A stretch of DNA of 63,015 nt, counting the filler, from Welwitschia mirabilis (taxonomy: Eukaryota): assembly GCA_051453625.1 (NCBI GenBank). It is 9 parts of one record of this genome, joined end to end, with 100 filler letters (N's around TTAATTAATTAA, not from the genome) between each part and the next. Parts side by side here need not be neighbours in the genome. Positions count along the whole stretch, not along the records: positions 23,330 to 33,882 come from JBOZIK010000001.1; positions 33,983 to 37,964 come from JBOZIK010000001.1; positions 38,065 to 42,542 come from JBOZIK010000001.1; 6 more parts are not named here. The stretch is one strand, 5' to 3'. The notes beneath the pieces are model-generated. The model made no database searches. It worked only from the letters and a program-made list of their open reading frames with translations, and was not told the DNA's origin. Positions within the stretch are counted from its first letter, which is position 1; each line of letters begins with the position of its first letter. Positions 26,499 to 38,799 of this stretch are shown piece after piece. The position numbers were made by a program, and so were the translations under genes.

Positions 26499-27767
26499 AC
26501 CCCCATAACAGTGCCAAAATGTTGTGGTGCATATTTATGTAAACGTTACCTTCTTAAACAAATCCTAAAAAGCATCAAAATATATATTGTATAATACAAT
26601 ATACTAATATAAATAGGAGTGAATCCAAATGTCATAATTTCATCAAATGCATAAGCGAGAAGAAAGAGAATTTATTTCGAACAAAATACTTATTAATTTC
26701 TAAGTAGAACAAAATAATCATGCAAAGTAAACAATGCAAATAAACACACTATGCAAATGAGATGTAAGATCTATTCTAAATACAACGCCTATTCAATTAC
26801 CAAATCAACCTATTACCAATATCAACCTTACATAACCTAGATTAATTAAGGAAAGTCATCACTAGACCAAAACCAAGCTAAGCTATTAGGTGTATCGAAT
26901 AGAATATGAAAATAATGCAAAGTTAATATAAGAGATGAAATGCAATGTACTTAAACTAATAATGTCAATCTTAATAAAGGTTGTTCTCATGATCTATATC
27001 ACAAATGAAGCTATCATGAAATCAAAAGAAACATAAACCATAAGGGAGATGCATATAACAAATGATATGAGAAGAAAAATAGAGTTTGACTAACTTAAAC
27101 CAACATCCATGTTACAAAGCAATAGCATCTGAATAAAGGATACACAGCCCAACACCAAGGAAAATGTCTTTCTACAATAACAAGGGATGGATCTCTTGTC
27201 CTTTAATTTCTTATCATAAGAGTTTCTAGTGCTAAAGAAGATAAAGCCAGAGTCGAGGGAAAAAGAAGTATTTATTACAAACATTGATTCTAAAAATAGC
27301 AAATACTAATAGATGTGATAAAACCCTAATAGCCTTATAAGAAGGCATAAGAAACATGGAAAAAGTTTGGTAAAATTTGAAGAAGTGTTATATTTAGGTG
27401 TCATTCTATTAGTTATCTGGATATCACAAGGAATAATGCCATGTCATATAGGATTTACATCAGTTATCAGATTAGTCCAATAAGTGTTCTAATTAGCATA
27501 TATTCTTTCTATAATCCATATGATCGTCCAAACAATCAAGTGAATGATGGAATTTGTAAACATATTTCTTATGTTAGATGAGCCTCTTTGATTATAGAAT
27601 TGCTACTTAATTTGCTTTAAATTCTATTAAAGGTAATGAAAATTGCATGTTTTTGTGATATTTTCCTTAGCTCTCCATTACCATCGAAACTCAACATAAA
27701 CTCGTCTAATGTCTTGCAAAACTACTCAAAATACCATACTAAATACATATAATTTAGTAGCATAACA
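26499..27767 (-). repeat. PBS (26499-26516) plus complete ~1.25 kb 5' LTR (26520-27767)
   Basis: Minus-strand PBS tggcactgttatgggggt; LTR bounded on the plus strand by tgttg...taaca; homologous to the LTR copies at 12.3, 18.2 and 25 kb. Confidence 0.85.
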
Positions 27768-27789
27768 TTCACATTTTTCGATATAAGCA

Positions 27790-30700
27790 CTTTTCTATTC
27801 CAAATTTTAGTATTATTTCTACAAAAAATGGTAGACTAGATAGAAGAGGTAGACTAGAAAGAGGCATTGCATGTCTCATTTGAAGTTTTCTAGAGCATAT
27901 TGTCAAACTTGAAAAGGTGGATTGATATGAACATTATATTTGGCTGAAAATTCATCACCATTGTGACTATGTTTATCTTGTTATTTGTTTTTTTCTCCCA
28001 AAGAATCATCTATTTATACTAGCATAAGATTGTCTAAATATTTTTATTTTTAATATTTAGAAGAAGATATTGCAAATTTTCAAATAAAAGGGAAGGTTTT
28101 CATTTATGGAGATTTCAATGCTTAAATGATATTGCAACAAATAGATCTTATACAATGGCATCATTAGAATGGTAGAATAGATGTGATTTCTGATGTAAAG
28201 TTGTCTTGACATGCTATTAATGAAACTTTTAATACAGCTAGAAAAATTTTCTAAATATGATGGATTTGTTGATTTGTAATGGCTTAGATAAATTCCTTAG
28301 ATCTACAAATTTCACATTTATGAGGATCTAAGAAAATTCATGTATTATTTCCTTCTGTCTTCTTTTTAGGATGTACAGCCTATGAAGGATTTTGGAGTAG
28401 GTAATGATTTGATGGAATCATGCCATTACCATTTGGGGTTTGTGATAGAAATTACTTTAAATTTGCACAAGAATAAAAAGCACATCAGAGAANNNNNNNN
28501 NNNNNNNNNNNNNNNNNNNNNNNNNNNNNNNNNNNNNNNNNNNNNNNNNNNNNNNNNNNNNNNNNNNNNNNNNNNNNNNNNNNNNNNNNNNNAGGTTCTG
28601 ATTTGGTGGAATCATGCCATTACCATTTGGATTTTGTGATAGAAATTACTTTAAATTTGCATAATAATAAAAAGCGAAAGAAGAAAAACCATCAGAGAAG
28701 AATAAGTTTAGAGGCAAAATAAGAATTTAAATTGATTGTATAGAATATGTGGAAATCTCAAAGACAAACTAAAAATTTTGAAGAAATTCTACTGGATGTA
28801 ACTATCGAAACTTCCAAAGGAAAAATTCAATGCACTCAAAATTCTTGGTTTAATGATGAATGTATGGATGCAAGAATAAATATTAAAACAATAGATAAAC
28901 ATCAAAGGGAAGCAATAACAAAAAGANNNNNNNNNNNNNNNNNNNNNNNNNNNNNNNNNNNNNNNNNNNNNNNNNNNNNNNNNNNNNNNNNNNNNNNNNN
29001 NNNNNNNNNNNNNNNNNNNNNNNNNNNNNNNNNNNNNNNNNNNNNNNNNNNNNNNNNNNNNNNNNNNNNNNNNNNNCGATTTTAAAAAAAATCTATTTTT
29101 AGACGCAGGTGAGAAAAGCTAAATTGATAATTATCAAAATTCTTTGCAATTTACTTTTAAAGAAGTTTTGGCTAACATTAATAGATTAGCTAATGAAAAG
29201 GCCTTGGATTCAACCAGTTTATACACTGAGCTAGTTAAGCGGGCTGGAGATTTAATTCATAAACAAATTTGGAAAAAAATGAATTTTGTAGTGGCAAATA
29301 GATTGAATCAGAAATGGATAATAAGCAAGGTAGTTTTACTATTCAAGAAAGAAGACAAGAATGATCTAAATAATTATAGGATGATAGTGGCAAGTAATGT
29401 TTTTACAAAGCTTTTTGACATACTTCTCAAATAGAAGGTTAAAAATTGGATAGAAGCAAATAATATCAGAATAATTTGTCAAGCAGGTTTTTATCAGAAT
29501 CATTTCACTATTGATCATTTGCTTATACTAAAGCATTACATAGATTTTGCAAAAAAGCCCAATAAAGAACTTTTTATTTGTTTTATTAATTATTCAAAAT
29601 CTTATGATTTAGTGAATCATACAAAATTAGGGATGCAACTCAATCATATTGGAATTACTCTTGATCTTCTTGCTGCCATTCAAAGATTATATGAAGAGGT
29701 TATAATTGAAATAAAAGACTAAATGAAAAAAGATGTTTTGAATTTTGCTCTATGATAGGAGTAAAATAAGGATGCTCTCTCTCTTCAACACTCTTTGGTC
29801 TTTCATTGATGAGTTACAAGATTGGATCTGTAAAGAACATAATTACTATGTTATTAAGATAGAATCATTAACAATCCAATTGCTCCTTTATGTAGATGAT
29901 GTAGCTTTTATTTCGACTTTGGAGACAAGTATGAAAAACATGCTTTAAAAATTGAAAAAATTTTACCAATCCTCTGGTTTGACAGTAAATACAAAAAAAA
30001 ACTAAATTGATAATTTATAGCACCAAGAACATCCAATTTGATTTTGTAGAAGCTTTTTGATGCTTGGTTCTTTGTTACTCTAATAAATTTGATGGACAAA
30101 TTCAGTAAAGAGGAATAGAAGGTGGAATTAAAGCTTTCTATGAGATAAAACATNNNNNNNNNNNNNNNNNNNNNNNNNNNNNNNNNNNNNNNNNNNNNNN
30201 NNNNNNNNNNNNNNNNNNNNNNNNNNNNNNNNNNNNNNNNNNNNNNNNNNNNNTTTGCTCTATGATAAGAGTAAAACAGGGATGCCCTCTCTCTCCAACA
30301 CTCTTTGGTCTCTTGATTAATGAGTTTCAAGATTGGCTCTGTAAAGAACATAATTACTATGCTGTTAAGATGGAATCATTGGCAATCCAATTACTCCTTT
30401 ATGCAGATGATGTAGCTTTGATTTCGACTTTGAAGACAAGTATGAAAAACATGCATTAAAAATTGAAAAATTTTTGCCAATCCTCTGGTTTGATAGTAAA
30501 TACAAAAACAAAACTAAATTGATGATTTACAGCATCAAGAGCAACCAATTTGATTTTGTAGAAGCTTTTTTTTAATGGTTGGATTTTTGTTATTCTAATA
30601 ACTATGATGGACAAATTCATTAAAGAGGAATTGAAGGTGGAATTAAAGCTTTCTATTAGATAAAACATAAATGTAGTTCACTAGGGATTTGGGCTTGATA

Positions 30701-30945
30701 AGTTCACAAACACATGTTTTAATCCATCATGTATCCCACTATTTTGTATGGATGGGGGTTAGCTATAAGTGAAAGAAATTGAAAAGATATTGAGAGTGTA
30801 AAAATTGTTCTTGCTAAATGAACTTAAGGTAAGGATTTAAACATTGTATCCCATGATTTTGTTAGTATGTGATATTTTATGCATTGAAGTCAAATCCATG
30901 TGTTAGTTTTGTGCTTATACTTTAAAGCTAATGAAAGCAGAAGGG
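27790..30945 (+). mobile_element. Degenerate non-LTR retrotransposon (LINE) ORF2: APE endonuclease plus RT
   Basis: Endonuclease GRLERGIACLI, GKVFIYGDFNA, LICNG; RT LLFKKEDKNDLNNYRMI, QAGF..TIDHL, FINYSKSYDLV, VKQGCPLSPTLFGL, LLYADD. Segment 29744-30153 is repeated at 30254-30668. Confidence 0.9.
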
Positions 30946-30959
30946 ATCCTATCTTCTTC

Positions 30960-32400
30960 ATTTACAGGCTTAGTATTATCCTTACTGAGAGAGCCAGATC
31001 ATTTCTCTACACTTGAGCTAGAGCCCCTCTTGATGTCCAATTCTTTTACTAAGTAAAACTAAAATTACACCCTCTATCATTAGAATCAGTTTGCATCCTA
31101 TCTCCTTCTACTTGTTGACCCTAGGCATTGCCATGTAGTTAGAGACAAGTAGGAAGGTTTAAATTCTTATATAAATTAATAAAATAACAAACCAAGCCAG
31201 AATGTCTATTCTCCAGTAACTTTTCTGCTATGTAGAATAAGAGATTGACTCTATGCCTTTCATGAAGAGTAAGAAGAAAAGAAAAATACAACCCTTTCAA
31301 CTTTGAATGATTATCATCTTTAACTAAATACCTATCCAAAAATTATGCTTCCATGTCCTACGACTCATGCAACTTTGACTTTTTAATGTAGATTAATGAT
31401 ATTTTTGGGGTCCTCCTTTCAAAGAACCTATCTACATCTAGATACCCCATCATTGAAGAAAAAAGTAAATCTCCTTCTTTAGTTACTTAAAGCGCTTAAG
31501 CAATTAGGCCTAGAGAAATATCTACCTTCTTCTTCCAATCTTTGACCTTCCATTAACTATAACTTTACTCTTGATAAATTTTGAGTCCACATGTAGGGAA
31601 ATAAAGGGCTCTCACCCAATATTAATGATGCACTATTAANNNNNNNNNNNNNNNNNNNNNNNNNNNNNNNNNNNNNNNNNNNNNNNNNNNNNNNNNNNNN
31701 NNNNNNNNNNNNNNNNNNNNNNNNNNNNNNNNNNNNNNNCCCTCTTAATGTCCACTTATTTTACCACATAAAATTAAAATTACACCCTCTAGCATTAAAA
31801 TTAGTTTGTGTCCTATCTCCTTCTACTTATTAACCCTAGGCGTTGCCATGTAGTTAGAGACAAGGAGGCAAGTTTTGAATTCTTATACATATTAATAAAA
31901 TGACAAACCAATCCAGAATGTCTATTCTCCAGTAACTTTTTTGCTATGTAGAATAAGAGATTGACTTTGTATCTTTCATTAAGAGTAAGAATAAAAGAAA
32001 AATACAACCCTTTCAACTTTAAATGATTGCCATCTTCAACTAAATACCTATCCAAAAATTATGCTTTCATGTCCTATAGGTCCTCCTTTGAAAGAACGTA
32101 TCTACATCTAGATACTCCATCACTGAAGGAAAAAGAAAATCTCCTTCTTTAGTTACTTAAAGGGCTTAAGAAATTAGGCCTAGAGAAATCTCTACCTTTT
32201 TTTTTCCAATCTTTGACCTTCCATTAACTATTACTTTACTCCTGATAAATTTTGAGTCCACACGTAGGGAAATAAAGGGCTCTCACCCAATAATAATGAT
32301 GCACTATTAAGGATTAGGATTCTTTCTCAACTTTAAATCATTTGAAGGCTTCTGCTAGAGATTCTTCCCATTCTTCCTACTACCAGAATATTGTCTATTC
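30960..32400 (-). pseudogene. Retroelement accessory (env-like/Transposase_32-related) ORF, two gap-separated copies
   Basis: RYLVEDGNHLKLKGLYFSFILTL..VNLLFYIAKKL..HSGLV, preceded by VDISLGLIA*AL*VTKEG, resembles accessory ORFs of gymnosperm LTR elements (recalled pattern). 31025-31639 matches 31740-32310. Confidence 0.5.
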
Positions 32401-33329
32401 AGTATCTAATTCTCTATAAAATATTATGGATTTGGGGCTACTTTCCTGAAAAAACGAGTTGATTTTTGGTAACCAAAATATACCATAGAGGGACTTGTAA
32501 GAAGCACCCTGTAGTATTAATCATTATAGTATTCTTTTTAACTGAATCCTAAATATTTTCTTTTTAAAGATATGATGCTAGACATTTTAAGACATGTCAG
32601 ATGCTAGGCAAGATATGAACAATGCCATACAATCCTAAAATGCCTTTATAGATGAAAATTTTTTACAAGATATATAGATTCATTTGTTTTGTTTAATTAA
32701 CTAGCTCATATGGTCCTTGCTAAATGTCTAATTCTTTTATTATAATAACTATAGGACAAGGGGTATGACTTCTTAGTTGATACAAAGGCTTCTTAATTAT
32801 AGGTGATAGGAAAGAAGATTGTTGATCTTACATGTTTATTATGTTAGGTTAATAATGGGTACTTATGTGGTGAATTAATTGCAGAAAATGTTAAAAAATA
32901 ATATTAAATAATATAAAATAATACTGAAAAATGCAGAAATTATGCTACTATTAACCTAAAGTAAGCTTACACCATTAAATAAAAATAACCAAAGGCNNNN
33001 NNNNNNNNNNNNNNNNNNNNNNNNNNNNNNNNNNNNNNNNNNNNNNNNNNNNNNNNNNNNNNNNNNNNNNNNNNNNNNNNNNNNNNNNNNNNNNNNNNNN
33101 NNNTACTATGTACATATATTGTACTAGGAAAAATGAAAAAAGTAGTAAAACATGCCAGAAATTAGATGAGATGCTGGATAATATTTATTTCTAAGTATTG
33201 TTAATTATCCTAGTTTATGTTTAGTTGTACAAATAGGAGTAAATAAAAATAATATTACTTTTTCAAGTAACAGAACTTGCACAGAATGATACTCAAATAT
33301 ACTTTTCAACTGTATATTTAAATATCAAT

Positions 33330-33675
33330 TGTTACATANNNNNNNNNNNNNNNNNNNNNNNNNNNNNNNNNNNNNNNNNNNNNNNNNNNNNNNNNNNNNN
33401 NNNNNNNNNNNNNNNNNNNNNNNNNNNNNNNNNNNNNNNNNNNNNNNNNNNNNNNNNNNNNNNNNNNNNNNNNNNNNNNNNNNNNNNNNNNNNNNNNNNN
33501 NNNNNNNNNNNNNNNNNNNNNNNNNNNNNNNNNNNNNNNNNNNNNNNNNNNNNNNNNNNNNNNNNNNNNNNNNNNNNNNNNNNNNNNNNACCTCAATCTT
33601 CTCTCTCATCTTCATGCCACGTGGCATCCTGTACCTAAAACACAATAACAAAATATACATATTAACCCACTAACA
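33330..33675 (-). repeat. Short LTR candidate (mostly N)
   Basis: TGTTA...TAACA termini; a PBS-like tgatattt follows on the minus strand; no TSD. Confidence 0.4.
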
Positions 33676-34309
33676 TACTAACTGATTAACCTATTGATTA
33701 ATAAGTATACTGATAAAGGAAAACATCTATTGTTATTTAAAATGCATAATTAAGATAATGAAAACACTTCATTAATAAGTAAGATTTATGTTAAATTTTA
33801 TTCTCAATAGTTTCCCTAAGGTCAAGGCTTTGTTAGTCCCTTAACAAATAAATATATACAAAAGAAAGAGATAGATTTGGGTNNNNNNNNNNNNNNNNNN
33901 NNNNNNNNNNNNNNNNNNNNNNNNNNTTAATTAATTAANNNNNNNNNNNNNNNNNNNNNNNNNNNNNNNNNNNNNNNNNNNNAGTTTAATTGAAATTCCA
34001 AAGAAATGGAAAGATATATTTAAGTGGTGACCACTCTTTGAAATACGATCTTTAATGAGGATTGTCAAAAACTCTTGAGTTCTTGATAAGGACTGTCAAA
34101 TCCATTATGGAACCAGTCAAAAGAGTTCAAAGATGGTCATCAATAACTCATGATTTTTTTAATGAGGTCATCCAAGTTTTGAACACCATTGTTATGAAAG
34201 TAAGTAATAATAAAAAAGTAAAGTCATATGATAGAGTTATAATGAAAAATTGAGAGGGGTCATTAATAGTAAGACCTTTGTCTTTCAAAAGCAAGTTTGA
34301 AGAGACAAA

Positions 34310-34710
34310 GTTGACTTGAAATCTAGTCCAAAGCTTTGACTTTGCGTTGGTATCAATCAACTTCTAGAACTTGCATGCCGATGGTTTAGCTTGAAATCTA
34401 ACTCAAAGCTATATAACTTTAGATTATTATTAGTTAACTAGGTGTTCTTTCTTTTTACTTACAGGATGAGAAGTAATCGGGTTAGCTCAAATCCAACCCA
34501 AAGTTTCAGTCAGTCATGTGATCTTGTTTGATTGTAGGTCTTTAAAGCATAAGAAGATAAACGAGTTGACATGAGATCTAACTCAAATTTTTGACTCTTA
34601 GTTGGTGTTAGCCAAAAGAATTCAAATTCTCATCACAATGATTTAATCTCAAATTTGCCTCAAAGTTTCAGCTTTGGATTAGTGTCAATTAACCAAGTGA
34701 TCTTTCATTT
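34310..34710 (+). repeat. Degenerate repeat, 5 copies of aaatctaactcaaag-like core
   Basis: Copies near 34313, 34388, 34484, 34568 and 34646; higher-order period about 255 bp. Confidence 0.55.
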
Positions 34711-35614
34711 CAAGGCCTNNNNNNNNNNNNNATTTCATTGGAAGAAAAACATCGGTAACTTTCATTTCTTATTCTTACTTGAAGCAAAATAAAAGCAAAT
34801 ATTTTTTGAGTTATTAGGTATGGCCTAAAAAGTTTTCTTTCAATTAAAACATGTTTGTAGGGTTTTTAGTAATTTCTTAGCAATGTAGCTTATGTTGACA
34901 AAGATTGGTGGATCCTTGCAATGGCATGCAACTCAAGAAATCTAAATTGATCATAAATCAATCTGAAGTTCTAATTTTAGATTAAATCTTGATCAATTTG
35001 GGATTCCTCAATTCTAGACTTACTCTAAGATTGATGCTGACACTTGGCATACTTTACCTATTAGCAAAATAGGTATACCACTTTTACACAACCTTTGACT
35101 TTAAGACTGAAGACATGTACACTAGGTAACTTAATATCAATTACACTTGTTAAGCATGATAGTAAGCCTTTATGCTATAAATCTCATTTCTTACATTCTC
35201 ATCATTCATCATTCTTTTCCCGATCTTTAGAATTTGTCTACTTAATCATCTTCCAATCCTTCTCATCTTTTCTCTGTTAATGTANNNNNNNNNNNNNNNN
35301 NNNNNNNNNNNNNNNNNNNNNNNNNNNNNNNNNNNNNNNNNNNNNNNNNNNNNNNNNNNNNNNNNNNNNNNNNNNNNNNNNNNNNNNNNNNNNNNNNNNN
35401 NNNNNNNNNNNNNNNNNNNNNNNNNNNNNNNNNNNNNNNNNNNNNNNNNNNNNNNNNNNNNNNNNNNNNNNNNNNNNNNNNNNNNNNNNNNNNNNNNNNN
35501 NNNNNNNNNNNNNNNNNNNNNNNNNNNNNNNNNNNNNNNNNNNNNNNNNNNNNNNNNNNNNNNNNNNNNNNNNNNNNNNNNNNNNNNNNNNNNNNNNNNN
35601 NNNNNNNNNNNNNN

Positions 35615-36975
35615 ATGAATAAAACAATGTCATCAAAAAAAAAAGCAAGATTAGTAATACAAGGCTACAACCAAGTTGAAAGCATTGATGTGGATGACAC
35701 ATTTTCTCCAGTAGCAAGGTTTAATAGCATTAAAATGTTTTTATCAATTGTAGCCTTTAAGAACATCAAAGTGTATCAAACGGGTGTAAAGGATGCCTTT
35801 TAAATGGAACTCTAAATGAAGAAGTGTATATAGAGCAACCATAAGGTTTTATTAATCCTCATAAATCTGATCATGTTTATAGACTTAAGAAAGCTTTAAA
35901 TAGATGGACGCACACTCCAAGATCTGAGTATGAAAAGCTAGCCACGTTCTTAAGCGATAATGGTTATATTCGTGGAATAGTGGATAAGACTTTATTTGTT
36001 AAGAACTTGAAAAAGGATTTTATTGTTATATAAATTTATGTGGATGATATCATATTTGGTGCTTCTAACAAAGGCTTATCTAAAGAGTTTGCAAATATTA
36101 TAACAACACATTTTGAAATGAGCATGTTTGGTGAAGTGAAAATGTTTCTTGAATTACAGATTAAGCAAACAAAGAATGAAATTTTTATTTTCCAATCTAA
36201 ATATGTAAAAGATTTAATCAAACATTTTGGATTAGAGAATGCTAAAACAATTGACACTCCAATGTTAACATCTTGTAAAATCAATTTGGATGACAATGGA
36301 AAATTAGTAGATCAAAAGCTATATAGGAGTATGATTAAAAGCTTATTATATTTGAGTGTAAGTAGACCTGATATCATGTTTAGTATTGGTGTGTGTACAA
36401 GGTACCAAACCCAACTGAAAAATCACACTTACAAGCAGTAAAAAAAATAATCAAATTTATAAAAGACACATGTGATTATGGTTTGTGGTATCCAACAGAG
36501 ACATCTTTTGAGCTTGCAGGATTTAGTGATGCAGATTGGGTTGGATGTAAGGATGATAAAAAAAGCACAAGTTGTAATTGTTTTCTATCAGAATTGTACT
36601 TAGTGAGATGTGCAAGTAAAAAGCAAAATTCAATCTCGCTTTTAACAACAAAAGCCAAGTATATTATGGTAGGGAGTTGTTATGCTCATCTCCTTTGGAT
36701 GAAGAAAATTCTAAAGGGCTTTAATATAAGTTTTGAAAAAGTTCCTATTTTCTGTGATAACACTAGTATAATAAATATTTCTAAAAATCTTGTTTAGCAC
36801 TTAAGAACTAAACACATTGAACTAAGACATCATTTTTTTAAGAGATCAAGTTGAAAAAGAAAACATTACTATGAATTTTGTTAGTACAGATTGTCAACTT
36901 GCAGGTATCTTTACCAAACCCCTAAATTTTGATAATTTTCATCATCTTTGGAATGAACTGGGGGTTATCTCATCA
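35615..36975 (+). mobile_element. Copia RT-RNase H (Sirevirus-type), disrupted
   Basis: KARLVIQGYNQVE..TFSPVAR, YVDDIIFG, SRPDIMFS, GFSDADW, IFCDNTS, RTKHIELRHHF. Confidence 0.93.
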
Positions 36976-37310
36976 TTCTCTGGCTGATTGTAGGATGGTC
37001 AACTGGATCTATGATTTAGTCAACCACATACCTCCAGTTGACTGGCCTGAAAGCCCGGTCACCCGAACCCTAACAGTATTATAGATTCGCATCTCGATAG
37101 ATAAACTAGAACTCAAACAGGTTAACTGAACCTGGAGGGTTATAGGTGGAAGTTACATTAGTGGACCTGATTTCTTTATCAAAATCAACTGAATCAACCT
37201 TCTCTTCAAAAGCAAGTGGAGCCCAAACTCTTTTCATTGTTTTCTAGCCACCAGTCTCCTTTAGATCTAGTGTCTCTCTTAGATTTTTCTTGTCTTCAAG
37301 CATCTACCAA

Positions 37311-37963
37311 ATGGTTGCAATAGCTAAAATACCCTTGAAGAAAAAGATAAAGAAGGCTGTTAGTAGAGATCCTCACATTTGATGAAGATTTAGAAAAGTG
37401 CCAAGAGAAGTTTGAGAAGAAGCTAGTTTACCAGGAGAGATTTGTTGCTACTTCAGAAATTAGGGAACTTAGAGATGTGATACAGCTCTTGTAAGATCTA
37501 GATCTATCTCATTTTCTTGATGTTTCAGATCCTTCTTACCATTTTCTTACCAAGATGTTTTATTATAATGCTTCTTACAATGCTAACATTGGAACCCTTG
37601 AAACCCTCGTTTTGGGGAAGAGGATGAAGGTTATTTTAAACTTTATTGTGACCATTACTGATATTTCAAGGGGAGACTATGAGGAGTTTTGACCTCTTAG
37701 TGACTCCATGGAAGACAAAGCAGAGGTCACAAGGGAGATTTGTGGCAAGTTTCATAGCTGGAAGCATACTATTTCTACTTCTTTGCTTAGCCCAAAGTAT
37801 AGGTTTCTTCACTTAGTTTTTACCTGTAATTTCTTGCCTTTGGTAGATCATTAAGATAAGTCCTTCAATTATAGGCCCTATTTGATGTACCTGGTAGGAA
37901 CTAGGCACTCCATTAATGCCCCTATCATTATGTTGAATAATATGGTTTCTCAGTTGGAGTATC
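37311..37963 (+). pseudogene. Sirevirus env-like ORF downstream of pol
   Basis: Near-open frame KKLVYQERFV..YHFLTKMFYYN..VLGKRMKV..LSPKYRFLHLVFTCNFLP..H..INAPIIMLNNM (Transposase_32-like pattern), about 340 bp after RNase H. Confidence 0.75.
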
Positions 37964-38084
37964 ANNNNNNNNNNNNNNNNNNNNNNNNNNNNNNNNNNNN
38001 NNNNNNNNTTAATTAATTAANNNNNNNNNNNNNNNNNNNNNNNNNNNNNNNNNNNNNNNNNNNNATTTTCTATAGGAACGCCTC

Positions 38085-38203
38085 TAAAGACCTCCTAAGA
38101 AAAAAGCCTCAAAAGATCTTTTAAGGCGTTTTAATAACAACGCCTCCAAAAGCTCAAGATGATGTCTTTCTATCAGGGCCTTTTGCCTCTATTTCTTGTA
38201 CTG
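38085..38203. mobile_element. Probable CACTA (En/Spm) terminus
   Basis: Ends atttcttgtactg (reverse complement CAGTACAAGAAAT vs CACTACAAGAAA), with subterminal aacgcct/aggcgtt motifs in both orientations. Confidence 0.5.
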
Positions 38204-38799
38204 AGATCAAGGTAGGAAACATATTATAATGTATAAAATTATAGGTTGAATGGCTTGAGGAGTTTGAATGAGAGAGATCTAGATTGTGCGTGGAGAGAAA
38301 ATGATGTCAGATTAAGGGTTTGTCTCTTTATATACATGTAATCCTAACTAATCATCTTTTTCTTTTTTTTAATAATTTTTTCCTCTAAATTATAGATGTA
38401 TTTGAAGTTGAAGATGTTTAAAAAGTGCTTTAGTAACATTTGTATTAGGAGAAATATCTACTAAAAATGTTAATAGGAGATGTCTATGACATGGAAAGAC
38501 ATCTATAGTTAGAGTACCAGAAAATGTCAAAGTTGAGTCATCTAACTATTATGAGATGTCTTAACCAAGAAGAGATTAAAAAACATAAATTATGTAGTAG
38601 ATATCTATAATAACATAAGACATCAAGTATATGTAGAAATATCTACTATATAATAGACTTTTACATAGAAAATGCCTAAAAAATCACAAGATGGTGCATA
38701 ATGCATGATGAACCTAACAACAATGCATAATAATTCCAGAAAATGAAAATTTATAGAATTAAAATAGTAGAGTTGATAGAGAGACATGTACCTCTAACT

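Larger units (their letters stand above)
18150..27767 (-). mobile_element. Athila-like Ty3/Gypsy element with env-like ORF
   Basis: TGTT...AACA LTRs at both ends, Athila-type PBS, Retrotrans_gag, env-like ORF and an Athila pre-PPT motif. Flanks are TTCAT (18145-18149) and TTCAC (27768-27772). Two artificial linkers lie inside, and pol is not visible. Confidence 0.75.

Noticed and set aside
33592-33634. 43-nt AG/GT-bounded host exon (YRMPRGMKMREKIE) or G-box atgccacgtggcat
   Set aside because: Peptide not recognised; it lies inside the TGTTA..TAACA LTR candidate, and LTR starts here commonly have ttttag|gt-like sites. Not fully excluded.
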